Sequence record: MN563784.1
Direction: 5' to 3' (one strand)
Length of the DNA: 64,000 bases
Shown here: in pieces, positions 9,604 through 19,523 of the stretch
How the letters are laid out: every line of letters begins with the position of its first letter
How positions within the stretch are numbered: the first letter of the stretch is position 1
The notes under the pieces: generated by a model
Seen by the model: the letters and a program-made list of their open reading frames with translations, nothing else
What the model was told of the DNA's origin: nothing
Databases searched by the model: none
Program-made: the position numbers and the translations under genes

Positions 9604-9795
9604 ATGGATGATATTGAAAAGAAAATAGCCAAAATGGAAGCTCTATTTAGGTACCATGGTATTACCGTTGATATTAACCATAAGTTGAAACCTAATGCTA
9701 AGACAAAATTAACTCGTGCGGAAATTAACCGATTACAAATACAATATGATAAGCTTTTAGCTGAACGCGAAGAAGCTTTAAAAGCAATTCCTTAA
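9604..9795 (+). CDS. hypothetical protein
   Basis: GGA RBS; collinear. Confidence 0.6.
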   Translation: MDDIEKKIAKMEALFRYHGITVDINHKLKPNAKTKLTRAEINRLQIQYDKLLAEREEALKAIP

Positions 9796-9799
9796 ATTA

Positions 9800-10030
9800 T
9801 TGAGGATTTATAAAATGTTCAAGCGCGTTATGAGATATATTCGTGTTTTGAAATTAATTGTTATTTTCTATGTTAGGCGACAACTGGGTTTACACGATTA
9901 TTGTACACGAAAAAATACAATTGCATTAGATCGTGAAAATAATAAACGTGTTCAAATAAATGCTATTTCTCGTAAAGTCGAAGAAGCATTATTTAAAGTT
10001 GAACTAGCTGCGATAATGAGTAAGCGGTAA
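9800..10030 (+). CDS. hypothetical protein
   Basis: GAGGA RBS suggests a later ATG near 9814; ends before terminator. Confidence 0.55.
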   Translation: MRIYKMFKRVMRYIRVLKLIVIFYVRRQLGLHDYCTRKNTIALDRENNKRVQINAISRKVEEALFKVELAAIMSKR

Positions 10031-10042
10031 TGTTGTCATAAA

Positions 10043-10087
10043 GCCCTCCCTTCGGGGAGGGCTATTGCACTAAATTTTATTTGAGAT
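10043..10087 (+). repeat. 45-bp terminator+promoter cassette, identical copy at 25162-25206
   Basis: gccctcccttcggggagggctattgcactaaattttatttgagat read at both sites. Confidence 0.92.
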
Positions 10088-10140
10088 CTACATTATAGAT
10101 TAGCATATACTAATGGAAACATCTACATGAGGTAATTATC

Positions 10141-10440
10141 GTGAACGAAGCTATTATTTCACTGGACCGCAGAGGAGCCCATCATTTAGGATCTCGCGGT
10201 TATCCAATTAGATCAATTGGAGATGTTACAGTATTTGATTTGAATCATAATCAACTATATCCCAAAATCCATTCTCTTAAAGATCAAAATCATGATGGAT
10301 GGCACTCCATTAGTGTTGATGATGAAAATGGAGTAACAGCATATACGTTTGTTTTGAATATGGATCTTAATCTAGGATGGCTAAGACCTAAGCAGCCTAA
10401 TGTTGGTGGTGGATATATCAAAATCAAATTTGAACAATAA
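10141..10440 (+). CDS. hypothetical protein
   Basis: GAGGT RBS, GTG start. Confidence 0.7.
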   Translation: MNEAIISLDRRGAHHLGSRGYPIRSIGDVTVFDLNHNQLYPKIHSLKDQNHDGWHSISVDDENGVTAYTFVLNMDLNLGWLRPKQPNVGGGYIKIKFEQ

Positions 10441-10489
10441 GCGGTGTGTACACCGCTTTTATTCCGTGTTTATACTCAAAAGGTAATTT

Positions 10490-11623
10490 ATGATTATGTT
10501 TAAGTACTTAAAAAATGTTATTGATATTTTTAACAAACCAAAAAAGGTAGATACATTAGAACAAAAGATAGCTAATCTAAATGATAAATACATCAGAGAA
10601 AATGTAGATGTTGATCAAATTGATATTCTGTCAGGTTATTTCACAGGAATGCTATCTGGGAAATTACATGATCGAAGTTTAGTATGGGGTTATTATACCA
10701 AAGAAACTAAGACATGGATGATTTATTTTGTTGAACAAAATTTTGATTCATTCATGTATAAAGTAACTAATAATTCATTAGATATTATTAATCTAACTGA
10801 TATAGAAGATCTTAAATTATTCTATTTCTCTAATGAACAATACATACCTGTAAATACACCAATCAATAGTGATCTAAATGTGGCTGTAATTTTCACATCA
10901 AAACCACTCACTAAGGATTTCATTGATCCATCTTTAATAGATCAAGTTAAATCAGTTAATAGTAATTACAAGATTGTGATGGGTGGGTTATCTAATAATT
11001 CCAAATTTGATAGTAACCCAATAACTCTAATTGTAGAGTCTTATGAAGCAGATGGTGATATCGTCGTAGTTGAACTAACTAATGGTACAACTGTGGCCAT
11101 CAATAGAAAACTACTTAATATGTTTATGTATCAGTCAAGAATAGTTGATACATGTAATAACTCAAAAGTGCTTATAGATTTCAATGGACGGCTAAAGTTC
11201 ACACCTATGGAGAATCATTTAGGTGGTATAAATAGTGCAATGCATTATTGGTCAAGTAATGGAATTATCAAAATTAGGTGTGACTATAGTATCATATTAG
11301 ATCTAGATAAGTTTCCAGAGATTGCTAATCATATTGGAAACTGGATACATATTGAAGCTAAGACAATTGCAAAAGTAATTGACTCGGTTGTAGTACCATA
11401 CTTAACAAATGGGGAGCTTAGTACGCTCATTGTTGATTTAGATAATATCGATATTCAGTATCGTGGTTTAACATTATCTGGTAATATCAGCTTGCGTGAT
11501 CGTTTAGATAAATGCAAAATCAAACTGATAAATCCATCAACTGATCCATATGAGATACCTAGTCTAAATGGTAAACGTGATGTCCATGGTTTTTATAGAG
11601 TAGATGGAAGTTTATTAAAATGA
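10490..11623 (+). CDS. hypothetical protein
   Basis: 377-aa ORF, AAGGT RBS. Confidence 0.85.
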   Translation: MIMFKYLKNVIDIFNKPKKVDTLEQKIANLNDKYIRENVDVDQIDILSGYFTGMLSGKLHDRSLVWGYYTKETKTWMIYFVEQNFDSFMYKVTNNSLDIINLTDIEDLKLFYFSNEQYIPVNTPINSDLNVAVIFTSKPLTKDFIDPSLIDQVKSVNSNYKIVMGGLSNNSKFDSNPITLIVESYEADGDIVVVELTNGTTVAINRKLLNMFMYQSRIVDTCNNSKVLIDFNGRLKFTPMENHLGGINSAMHYWSSNGIIKIRCDYSIILDLDKFPEIANHIGNWIHIEAKTIAKVIDSVVVPYLTNGELSTLIVDLDNIDIQYRGLTLSGNISLRDRLDKCKIKLINPSTDPYEIPSLNGKRDVHGFYRVDGSLLK

Positions 11624-12090
11624 TTAAATTAGTGATTAGTCTTTTTTATAAAATAGTTAATGAAAAGATGTCTCCCACATATAAGAAATTAGTTACATTA
11701 GATAGAAATGGATACATTTTCAATAATAAACAAGATCTGTATTCGATTAATCTTTCACTCTATCTTGAACTCATTCATTCAGTGACGAATGACTATATTG
11801 TTCAAGAAATTATAATGTGTCTAAGTTCTAAGCCACAAGCAGTGAAAGAACTATTCCTTGAAGACCTAAGTACTAATAATCAACTACATTATTCATTGTT
11901 AGCTTGTAAAATAATGAATGAGAGGAAAATCATTAATAAGAATATTAATAAAGCGTGTGCTAAAAATATGGCTACTTTTTTAAAGGGTTATTTCCCAAGA
12001 GACTACTTCACTTGGTATAGTTGTCTCTATTTAGCCCTATCGGCTAAAAATAAAGCTGAGAATAACAAAGTATCTGTTATTAATGAGTAA
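11620..12090 (+). CDS. hypothetical protein
   Basis: ATGA overlap with previous ORF. Confidence 0.75.
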   Translation: MIKLVISLFYKIVNEKMSPTYKKLVTLDRNGYIFNNKQDLYSINLSLYLELIHSVTNDYIVQEIIMCLSSKPQAVKELFLEDLSTNNQLHYSLLACKIMNERKIINKNINKACAKNMATFLKGYFPRDYFTWYSCLYLALSAKNKAENNKVSVINE

Positions 12091-12192
12091 ATACAATACT
12101 ATGTAGTAGTATTTCTATTACGTACCTTTCGAGGCATATACTCCATGACTTATGTTGTGGGGTATATGTGTTATAATGTTTAAGAGGTTAAA

Positions 12193-12540
12193 ATGCAAAA
12201 GCAACTAAATTCTGATGATCTAGATGTTCTTGACTCCTTTAATGCAGCATGGGAAATTGTTAAGGAAGAACATACTGATCTATTCTCACGTATAGCAATG
12301 ATGGCTATTAATAAGTTAACTGATGATGATATCTCAGTCAATGATACTAAAGTAAGTATTCAACAAGTAGTTAATTTCCATGAGCGAATTCGAGATATCA
12401 TTCCTAGCTCTGAGATTGTTAATCTTACGATTGTTAAAACTATCTTAGGTGAAATGAATGGTTGGTTAGAATTTGATGAACTTAATGAAGAACTATTTAC
12501 AGCTTTAGGCAAAGCTTATAGCACTGTTAACTTTAATTGA
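12193..12540 (+). CDS. hypothetical protein, probably late
   Basis: GAGGT RBS; TATGTAG at 12100 upstream. Confidence 0.8.
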   Translation: MQKQLNSDDLDVLDSFNAAWEIVKEEHTDLFSRIAMMAINKLTDDDISVNDTKVSIQQVVNFHERIRDIIPSSEIVNLTIVKTILGEMNGWLEFDELNEELFTALGKAYSTVNFN

Positions 12541-12608
12541 TCATTAATATGAAAATTAAAACAATATAAGTGAGGCATGTGCCTCACTACATAGTAGAGG
12601 ACTAACAC

Positions 12609-12941
12609 ATGCAGATTCAATTAGATCCATTAATGGTTTACCATGGTAGCACTAGATCTTTATTTAATGAAGATTCTAGTTTAAATGTTGTTGATGTAAG
12701 GGGCATTCAATTAAATGCTGAAGGGATAGCTGATAACAAAAATTACTATTTTGATTATGGACGTAAGAAAGATGATGATGGTGAAATACTCACTATTTAC
12801 GTACATGATCGAAATGTAGCTAAAGATTTTATTGTACTGTACGTTGAATTCCATTTAGGCACACATAAATTTCATACGTATGTACATCCACAATATCGGC
12901 ATAAATTTCCAGTATTAGTACTGGAGTTATTATTCGTTTAA
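12609..12941 (+). CDS. hypothetical protein
   Basis: GAGG RBS. Confidence 0.75.
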   Translation: MQIQLDPLMVYHGSTRSLFNEDSSLNVVDVRGIQLNAEGIADNKNYYFDYGRKKDDDGEILTIYVHDRNVAKDFIVLYVEFHLGTHKFHTYVHPQYRHKFPVLVLELLFV

Positions 12942-13129
12942 TATTAAGGGACTCTTAATGAGAGTCCCTATTTATTTTGCGTAAGTGTATATATGAAAAA
13001 GAAAGCATTTATTGAAACTAGTCTAAAATATTCAAACACCAAATATAACAAAGCGATCATCTGTAATGAAATAAAATTCAAACGGTACTAAACATACTAA
13101 CCCTATGAATTAAAACGCACGGTGGTTGT

Positions 13130-13528
13130 ATGAAAATCTATGGTTCTTCTTTTCATGAGGTCACACTAGAATATGGAAAACCCTTTATACGCAATGGGGT
13201 TTTAAAACATTTACCTGATCTAGGTACACCAGACTTAGGATGGACTGATTTTAATATCCTTGAAATTATTCCAGGACCAGGTTATATCGATAAGAATACT
13301 CTAAACTTTTATAAAGAAAGAGATTGCTTATTTCCAGCAATCGTCAGGTTTACTGTATTTGAAGAAGAGCGTAATCGTATTATATCAACAATTAATGTTG
13401 ATCTGGCGAAAAAGGAATTAGAGTGGAATAAGACTGATCGTTTTTGGGAAATCGAAAACTTTGCAATTAGATTCCAATTAACTCAAAATCCTTATTCAGT
13501 TTTATGGGCATCCAATGGATCACTATAG
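13130..13528 (+). CDS. hypothetical protein
   Basis: GGTGG RBS; TATG motif at ~13104. Confidence 0.75.
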   Translation: MKIYGSSFHEVTLEYGKPFIRNGVLKHLPDLGTPDLGWTDFNILEIIPGPGYIDKNTLNFYKERDCLFPAIVRFTVFEEERNRIISTINVDLAKKELEWNKTDRFWEIENFAIRFQLTQNPYSVLWASNGSL

Positions 13529-13949
13529 GTGTCATATGCTTACAATGGTTCCGTTATACCCTGGTGTGAGAGGATATCTTGAAGACTCGGTATTTTCAAA
13601 GAATGGGATTAATGATATTGGTTATCATAAATGGCTATCCCCTAAACGAGTGGTAGGTCCAGATGGGCTAATCATTAGTGAGGTAAAGATAACTCCACGT
13701 ATAGCCAGAATGGAAGGCGAAGTAATTCTTAAAGTATGGGATAAATGGCGAAGAGCCCAGCCTAAGCTAGTTGCTACTGTGTATATTGATCCTAAAGATA
13801 ATTCATACAGGGTAGAAGTAGAGCCTTTTTATGCATGTCGTCGGATATTACTTGAAGTGGATTTATGGGCTCAAGTAATACCTGGTGACCGTGCACCATT
13901 TGTAAATGACTCTGTAGATGGTACATGGGCATCAAGAGATATTATTTAA
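13515..13949 (+). CDS. hypothetical protein
   Basis: Overlaps previous ORF. Confidence 0.75.
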   Translation: MDHYRCHMLTMVPLYPGVRGYLEDSVFSKNGINDIGYHKWLSPKRVVGPDGLIISEVKITPRIARMEGEVILKVWDKWRRAQPKLVATVYIDPKDNSYRVEVEPFYACRRILLEVDLWAQVIPGDRAPFVNDSVDGTWASRDII

Positions 13950-14248
13950 TGCTTATACCAATTAAACTTCGTAAGACATTTAAAAGACTGGGCAAAAGAC
14001 ATTCTAAAAGAGTGTTGGCTGCCCAGTCATCTTTTCTGCCGTTTGGTGAATTAACGTTGAGGAAGCAAAGAATGCCTAAGAAAAATAAAGAATATATTCT
14101 TGATGTTATTGATACTAATACTAAAGAACTACAGGCACAGATTAATACGTTAAGTGAACTTGTATGTGAACAACAGAAACAAATTAGTTTATTAAACAGA
14201 ACACTAGTTGAGTTACAAGATAATTTGAAAAAAAAAGATAGGGATTAA
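13925..14248 (+). CDS. coiled-coil protein (true start probably later, MPKKNKEY)
   Basis: C-terminal heptad repeat; GAGG upstream of internal ATG. Confidence 0.65.
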   Translation: MGIKRYYLMLIPIKLRKTFKRLGKRHSKRVLAAQSSFLPFGELTLRKQRMPKKNKEYILDVIDTNTKELQAQINTLSELVCEQQKQISLLNRTLVELQDNLKKKDRD

Positions 14249-14250
14249 AA

Positions 14251-14580
14251 ATGAATGTAGTTGATGAGTACCTACTTTTGACCTTATTCTGGATAGTTGT
14301 TTTATTTTCATTTATCCATGTATCGCAACGTTATAAACGAATTAAAGAAAAACGAAGAGTTGATTTTCTAGTTAAAAGAGAATTAGTATATAATTATTTC
14401 AAAGTAACAGATCCTTCTGAATTAACTAATGATTCTATAGAAAGTATTATACTTAAATTAATTGGTGATAATTATAGAAAATTAACAGATATGCAGAAAT
14501 TAGTAATTAGGGCAGCAGCAGGTCGTGGTTATATGTATAACCCTAACAGACCAATTGGCAAACATTTGAAATATATGTGA
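14251..14580 (+). CDS. N-terminal TM-anchored protein
   Basis: LLLTLFWIVVLFSFIHV followed by basic residues. Confidence 0.75.
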   Translation: MNVVDEYLLLTLFWIVVLFSFIHVSQRYKRIKEKRRVDFLVKRELVYNYFKVTDPSELTNDSIESIILKLIGDNYRKLTDMQKLVIRAAAGRGYMYNPNRPIGKHLKYM

Positions 14581-14589
14581 GTTATAAAA

Positions 14590-15105
14590 ATGTCAGAAAA
14601 CCGCCCGTTATATATAGCTGCTATTAAAAAAGATCTTTTAAAAACAACAGGTTTGTATAAACCTTATAATGATTCACCAATAGCTGTGGTTAGTAATGAA
14701 ACCAGTAAGTGGCATGTAATGCTAAATATATTACGACATGGTTGGGAATGGATTGAAATACCTGAAGGTGAGATTAAACAACCGGAAAGTTACCATGACT
14801 ATGTTATTCTAGCATTAACCACTGTATTAACTGATACTTTAGATTATAAAAATGATCCAAACTCTGATAAATATATCAAGCAAATAATCTGTACTGATAT
14901 AGCACTAAAAGTTGAATATGATAAATTAATCAATGTGCTAGAGACAAGTAACGAGTTAGATTTAGCTGATGAATACACCTTTACTAAACAAGGTAATCTC
15001 AGAGGATATTTCCATTATGATGAGTATTATGGTTTAGATGTACTGGCATGTGCATCTTATGTGATCTGTTCACATATCGAACTAACACCTAGAAATGTTA
15101 AATAA
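14590..15105 (+). CDS. hypothetical protein
   Basis: Collinear ORF. Confidence 0.8.
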   Translation: MSENRPLYIAAIKKDLLKTTGLYKPYNDSPIAVVSNETSKWHVMLNILRHGWEWIEIPEGEIKQPESYHDYVILALTTVLTDTLDYKNDPNSDKYIKQIICTDIALKVEYDKLINVLETSNELDLADEYTFTKQGNLRGYFHYDEYYGLDVLACASYVICSHIELTPRNVK

Positions 15106-15117
15106 TAGGAACTACTG

Positions 15118-15717
15118 ATGAAAAAACGTACCGCTTATATCGATCGTGCTAAATTCCGAGATTTTCTAGCCGAGAAAAAAATTAGCGTAAGTAGCCGACA
15201 GTGGATTGAAAAGAGCCACCCAGATCATAAAGAATATTACAAGGCAATCCTAGATTACGTCGTATCTAATGTAAAATTCAAAGAAGAACGTTATATTGAA
15301 AAGGCAAATGAGGTTATTATTAATGGGTGTATTCGATATCATCTGCCCATTCACGCTCAACGTGCACTAACTGTAGTTGAAGAAGAATTCATTAATAATG
15401 CTAGTCTTCAATTTACTTATCTGAATGATAATGATACTAATATTGCCAATATTAACTTTGAAGAAGTTCTTGATGCACAAGTAACTGAGAATGAAACTGA
15501 ACTAAGACAAAGTTGGGAATATGTCAATTGTGATATCAACCCATCAGAATACTTTATTGATGTTGTTGATGTACCAGAAGAACTAATTCTTCGTCTATCT
15601 GTATTCCGTTTTGTACACAGTATCAAGAAACTGGAAGTAAAGGATAAGTTAGATCTTGCCGATGTTGTAGGTAAAGATCTAGTTATTGAAGATGGTAACG
15701 TTAAGGTTGTAGAATGA
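15118..15717 (+). CDS. hypothetical protein
   Basis: AGGA RBS. Confidence 0.85.
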   Translation: MKKRTAYIDRAKFRDFLAEKKISVSSRQWIEKSHPDHKEYYKAILDYVVSNVKFKEERYIEKANEVIINGCIRYHLPIHAQRALTVVEEEFINNASLQFTYLNDNDTNIANINFEEVLDAQVTENETELRQSWEYVNCDINPSEYFIDVVDVPEELILRLSVFRFVHSIKKLEVKDKLDLADVVGKDLVIEDGNVKVVE

Positions 15718-15770
15718 TTTAAGGCTATTTTAGTAGCTTTATATTCTGATCTTAGCAACCTAGGTACAAC

Positions 15771-16139
15771 GTGATGCAATGTTTAACACACGTAATGAAG
15801 TTAGTGGCCGTATTAAGTACGTTGTTATACGTATCAAACCCACTAGCTGCATCGTTGGTAGTTGACGAGAATTACTGTAATGGTGTTGCACTTATAGCAC
15901 ATGCCACAGCAGAAGCACGTCAGCGTAAAACACCCATTTTACAATGGGAAGAAAACCTACGATCCCTAAAAGGGTACGGCGTGAAGAACAAAGATAACGT
16001 TCTTTACAATGTTCTCCCAGCAGCAATTAAAGAGGTGCACGTTGTGTATTCACGTAGACAAAGCCCACGTGATGCATACGTTACATCATTTAAAACCTGT
16101 ATGGATAACAACTACGGTAAAGCTGTGGTTGTAAAATAA
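15771..16139 (+). CDS. predicted exported two-cysteine helical protein
   Basis: Signal-like KLVAVLSTLLYVSNPLAA; Cys near both ends of mature region. Confidence 0.7.
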   Translation: MMQCLTHVMKLVAVLSTLLYVSNPLAASLVVDENYCNGVALIAHATAEARQRKTPILQWEENLRSLKGYGVKNKDNVLYNVLPAAIKEVHVVYSRRQSPRDAYVTSFKTCMDNNYGKAVVVK

Positions 16140-16174
16140 ATACCAGCCCTTCGGGGCTGGTTTATTTCATCTAG

Positions 16175-16492
16175 ATGAGAATCTGTGGGTTGCAAATGTA
16201 TAAAGTATTTGTTATATCAATGATAACACTAACGGCTATATCAACATGTGTAACTTTCATTATTAATATAAAAAATCATTATATTCACTGGATGGGTGTT
16301 TATAAGGTTAGATATGTATTAGATAAAATGCCCAATGGCATAAGTTATTTTTTCTATCAAAATGCTGTCCAAGACATTATAGATAAAGAATCATCTAAAA
16401 TAACAAATCAACATATTTTTACATCTTTTATTTACGATATCAACTCATTGATTATATTAAAATGTAATAATAGGGAAACAGCAAATGAATGA
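16175..16492 (+). CDS. TM-anchored protein, paralog of 16485 ORF
   Basis: DKMPNGISYFFYQNAV vs DNMSDGLSEYQYTVAI. Confidence 0.7.
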   Translation: MRICGLQMYKVFVISMITLTAISTCVTFIINIKNHYIHWMGVYKVRYVLDKMPNGISYFFYQNAVQDIIDKESSKITNQHIFTSFIYDINSLIILKCNNRETANE

Positions 16493-16775
16493 TATCATGA
16501 CAGTAATTATAGGTATTTTGTTTCTGATTATAATGATGGCTTTAATTAACTGGGGTTATTATGCCATCAAACACACGATAAAGTGTAACAGGCTTTATAA
16601 AGAAGCACTATCAATTATTGACAATATGAGTGATGGTTTATCTGAATACCAGTATACAGTAGCTATTGGACGTTTACGTAAAAAGGCATACTCTATCGAC
16701 CATTTAACTGCTGTTAAAATGTTTGAAGCATTAGACTTAGTTATTAAAGATAAGTCAAGAAAGAAAAATAAATAA
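16485..16775 (+). CDS. TM-anchored protein
   Basis: IIGILFLIIMMALINWGYY. Confidence 0.75.
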   Translation: MNDIMTVIIGILFLIIMMALINWGYYAIKHTIKCNRLYKEALSIIDNMSDGLSEYQYTVAIGRLRKKAYSIDHLTAVKMFEALDLVIKDKSRKKNK

Positions 16776-16808
16776 GCATAAATAGGAGAGCTATTTAGCT
16801 CTCCTTTA

Positions 16809-16841
16809 TTACATTAAATTTTTTTTGAAATCTATATTACA
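16809..16841 (+). promoter_or_regulatory. early promoter, 33-bp identical copy at 31922-31954
   Basis: ttacattaaattttttttgaaatcTATATTACa. Confidence 0.85.
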
Positions 16842-16876
16842 TATTTGGTCAAGTCATATCAAAATAGGTAGTTATA

Positions 16877-17050
16877 ATGCTAGCATTACATTCACTACTA
16901 TTATTAGTTATAGTGATTTGTTATATAATTCATAAGTGGTTGTGGTATACTTTCAATATGTTTAAACTAAAAGACATTATTAAAAATAAAGACAATTTAA
17001 CTAATGATGAACTATTAAAATTACTCATTGATAAAATAAAGGCAACCTAA
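16877..17050 (+). CDS. 57-aa TM-anchored early protein (not in ORF track)
   Basis: MLALHSLLLLVIVICYIIHKWLWY...; AGGT RBS; TAATG coupling to next ORF. Confidence 0.65.
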   Translation: MLALHSLLLLVIVICYIIHKWLWYTFNMFKLKDIIKNKDNLTNDELLKLLIDKIKAT

Positions 17051-17517
17051 TGTATCCATTCTTTACAGGTAATGAGAAAGTTACTGTAGATGTTCTTGAT
17101 GATAAACATAATCTACATAGAAGTTGGACTGATTATAAACATCCCATCACGACGCGTGTGGACGGTAAACTAACCAATGTGTGGTATAAAGTTGAACCAC
17201 CGATGAGTGCTAAGGATATTGAAAATAACTTTACAATTGACAAAGATAAAGTTAAATTATCTAATCGTTTGCACCAAGCTTTAGATGCAACGTTGATTAA
17301 AAATGAATTAGAAGAGTTTAACAAATTAATTGATCTATGCGTAAAACATGTTAATTCAGTTAGTATTCATCTAGGTCTTACTATTTGGAAATTAGCAGAT
17401 ACTGTAAAATATGAAAAAGCAGATTTAAAGAAACTATTTAATGCACATTATACCAAATCTACTGAACTTGTAAAAGAAAAGAATATAGTGCCCTCAGTAG
17501 AAGATATCTTCCTATAA
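17050..17517 (+). CDS. hypothetical protein
   Basis: Coupled ORF. Confidence 0.75.
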   Translation: MYPFFTGNEKVTVDVLDDKHNLHRSWTDYKHPITTRVDGKLTNVWYKVEPPMSAKDIENNFTIDKDKVKLSNRLHQALDATLIKNELEEFNKLIDLCVKHVNSVSIHLGLTIWKLADTVKYEKADLKKLFNAHYTKSTELVKEKNIVPSVEDIFL

Positions 17518-17539
17518 TTTATTTAAAGGTAATACAAAT

Positions 17540-18448
17540 ATGCTAAAGGTAAAATCATTACTTACTGGCCATATTCTTCGAGCTACCTATGATTGGTTTC
17601 TTGAGAATAACTTCAGAGATATTCTAATTGTAGCACATACTCAATTAGTACCTGATTTATCTGAGGTAGCTCTAAAGCATGCGAAAGAAGATCACACTAT
17701 CACTTTCAATATCCATCCACGCTGTGCAAAGAATTTTTATATCAGTGACGAATATATCTCTTTCAATGTAACAGTAAATGGAGTTGGGGTCAGTATTAAA
17801 CTTCCTCTTTATGCAGTATTGGGTGTAGTTACACCTATTGATGATAATTCTAACGCATTCTTTGAAATGCCGCTAGTGGATAGATATCTCAATGCAGATA
17901 CTATTCGTGCAACATTAGAAGGAACTGTTAATAATGTAGTTGACAAAAACCCAGTATTAACTACCGTAGGTAATGTCACTGAGGTTAATTTTAAAAATAA
18001 AGCCGATACCACTAATGGTAAGTTAGTTGTAAGGAATACATCTGAGAATGAGCATGATCAGATGATTGAAAGCGCCATTAACAGAGTAACTGAATTTAGT
18101 AATCCAGAATTAGATGCACATATTAGAGTAGCGGTAACTGCAATTAAACAGAATGCACCAGAATTAATTATGGATTGGTGTGAGCGGGTTATTAATTGTA
18201 CACGTAATGAAAACTATCAGGATAACATCAATGTACTTATGATGGAACTCCTCAGTTACCCTATTTCAAATGTGGTTAGTGAATCAACTGTGGACTCGGG
18301 TGATAATACATCTAATTCATTTGACAATGATGTAAATAAGATGGTTGAGGATTTCAATAATTCTTCCAATTCGCAGATTATTATTAATAAACCTTCTCGT
18401 CCTACTGGTCCACCAAAACTCACTGTTATTAAAGGTGGTAAGAAATGA
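17540..18448 (+). CDS. sspB: SspB-like ClpXP adaptor with extra central domain
   Basis: RATYDWFLEN, ITFNIHPR, ISFNVTVNG, LPLYAVLGV and C-terminal PKLTVIK resembling the ClpX-binding LRVVK. Confidence 0.85.
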   Translation: MLKVKSLLTGHILRATYDWFLENNFRDILIVAHTQLVPDLSEVALKHAKEDHTITFNIHPRCAKNFYISDEYISFNVTVNGVGVSIKLPLYAVLGVVTPIDDNSNAFFEMPLVDRYLNADTIRATLEGTVNNVVDKNPVLTTVGNVTEVNFKNKADTTNGKLVVRNTSENEHDQMIESAINRVTEFSNPELDAHIRVAVTAIKQNAPELIMDWCERVINCTRNENYQDNINVLMMELLSYPISNVVSESTVDSGDNTSNSFDNDVNKMVEDFNNSSNSQIIINKPSRPTGPPKLTVIKGGKK

Positions 18449-18702
18449 ATGCAACTTTAGCAATTCTTTTTAGTAGTATCAGTATCGCTGGTTATCAAGC
18501 CAATGGTGCATCGCAGTCAACCACTGAGTTCTCTGACATGACTACTTGTTTTAGCGCGATTGAGCGTATTCAAAAACTAGCTAAAGCAAGTGCTATTCGT
18601 AATAATGTAGAGACTGTAAAAATCAGCGATGGTGTTCTATTACGTTATTTTTCTTCTAGTACCAGTAAAGTAGAACATACTCTAATCTGTGTAAATAAAT
18701 AG
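18445..18702 (+). CDS. small exported two-Cys protein, paralog of 60275 ORF
   Basis: Signal-like N-terminus; F-x5-C ... C-terminal C. Confidence 0.7.
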   Translation: MNATLAILFSSISIAGYQANGASQSTTEFSDMTTCFSAIERIQKLAKASAIRNNVETVKISDGVLLRYFSSSTSKVEHTLICVNK

Positions 18703-18710
18703 GTACGGAT

Positions 18711-19418
18711 ATGTCTGAGAAAATGTATTTATCTTTTTCTGGAATTGGACACAATGACGTAATCAAACAAGATCTTAATGGATTCATTCCAATGGATGTA
18801 TCAACTATTGATACTGAAGTGGCTGATCGATTATTTTATACTCCATTCAATAGTTCTGAACCAGATACGTCATTACCTAATGTTGCTAATGTGGTATTCA
18901 AGGTATTACCTATCCATATCGAGGATAACACTATCTGTGTTTTAGATAGTTGTTCTAGTACCGAATACTCATTGAATGACTTAGTTGATACCAGTGTCTC
19001 ATCATTAGAAACATATGGTCCATTAATAGATTTACGTAGTAGTGATCCAATTGAGACATATGCTAATCAGGCAGTGTATACTTGGTTAAATAAGAATATC
19101 TGTGATATCGAATTCGAAGTACATGGCGGGCTGCAAGTACAACTAACTGCTGACCAAGTGCGTTCCAATGTTAATGCATTTGTAGCAGGTATTGATCTTG
19201 ACATCGACGATAAATTGATGGTATATGTGGTGATTAAAATCAATGATCGTTTATACGATGCTTGGTCTAGTCAACATGTGGTGGAACCATTAACAATGTA
19301 TCATGTACAAGGTGGTCATGAGCCTATTGTCTATAGTGAAACCCATATTGAAAATAGCCTATTGCGATATGCTAAAGAGAAAGGTTGGGCTGAAATTTTG
19401 ACTCGTATTGGTCTGTAA
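18711..19418 (+). CDS. hypothetical protein
   Basis: 235-aa ORF; weak NUDIX-fold-like pattern only. Confidence 0.75.
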   Translation: MSEKMYLSFSGIGHNDVIKQDLNGFIPMDVSTIDTEVADRLFYTPFNSSEPDTSLPNVANVVFKVLPIHIEDNTICVLDSCSSTEYSLNDLVDTSVSSLETYGPLIDLRSSDPIETYANQAVYTWLNKNICDIEFEVHGGLQVQLTADQVRSNVNAFVAGIDLDIDDKLMVYVVIKINDRLYDAWSSQHVVEPLTMYHVQGGHEPIVYSETHIENSLLRYAKEKGWAEILTRIGL

Positions 19419-19523
19419 TAAAAATACTTTTAATAGACTAATATTATAGGCAAAATACTGGCCGATTGGTTAGTTGCGCTTAGGGGGTCCTTCGGGACTC
19501 CCGTATGCCGTCTAGGAGGTTTT

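Noticed and set aside
12569-12593. 9-bp inverted repeat plus antisense TATGTAG (similar at ~23480)
   Set aside because: Motif too short in AT-rich DNA to call antisense promoters; hairpin adequately explained as a terminator or leader
18711-19418. NUDIX hydrolase call (also 32348)
   Set aside because: No NUDIX box; resemblance too weak without a profile search
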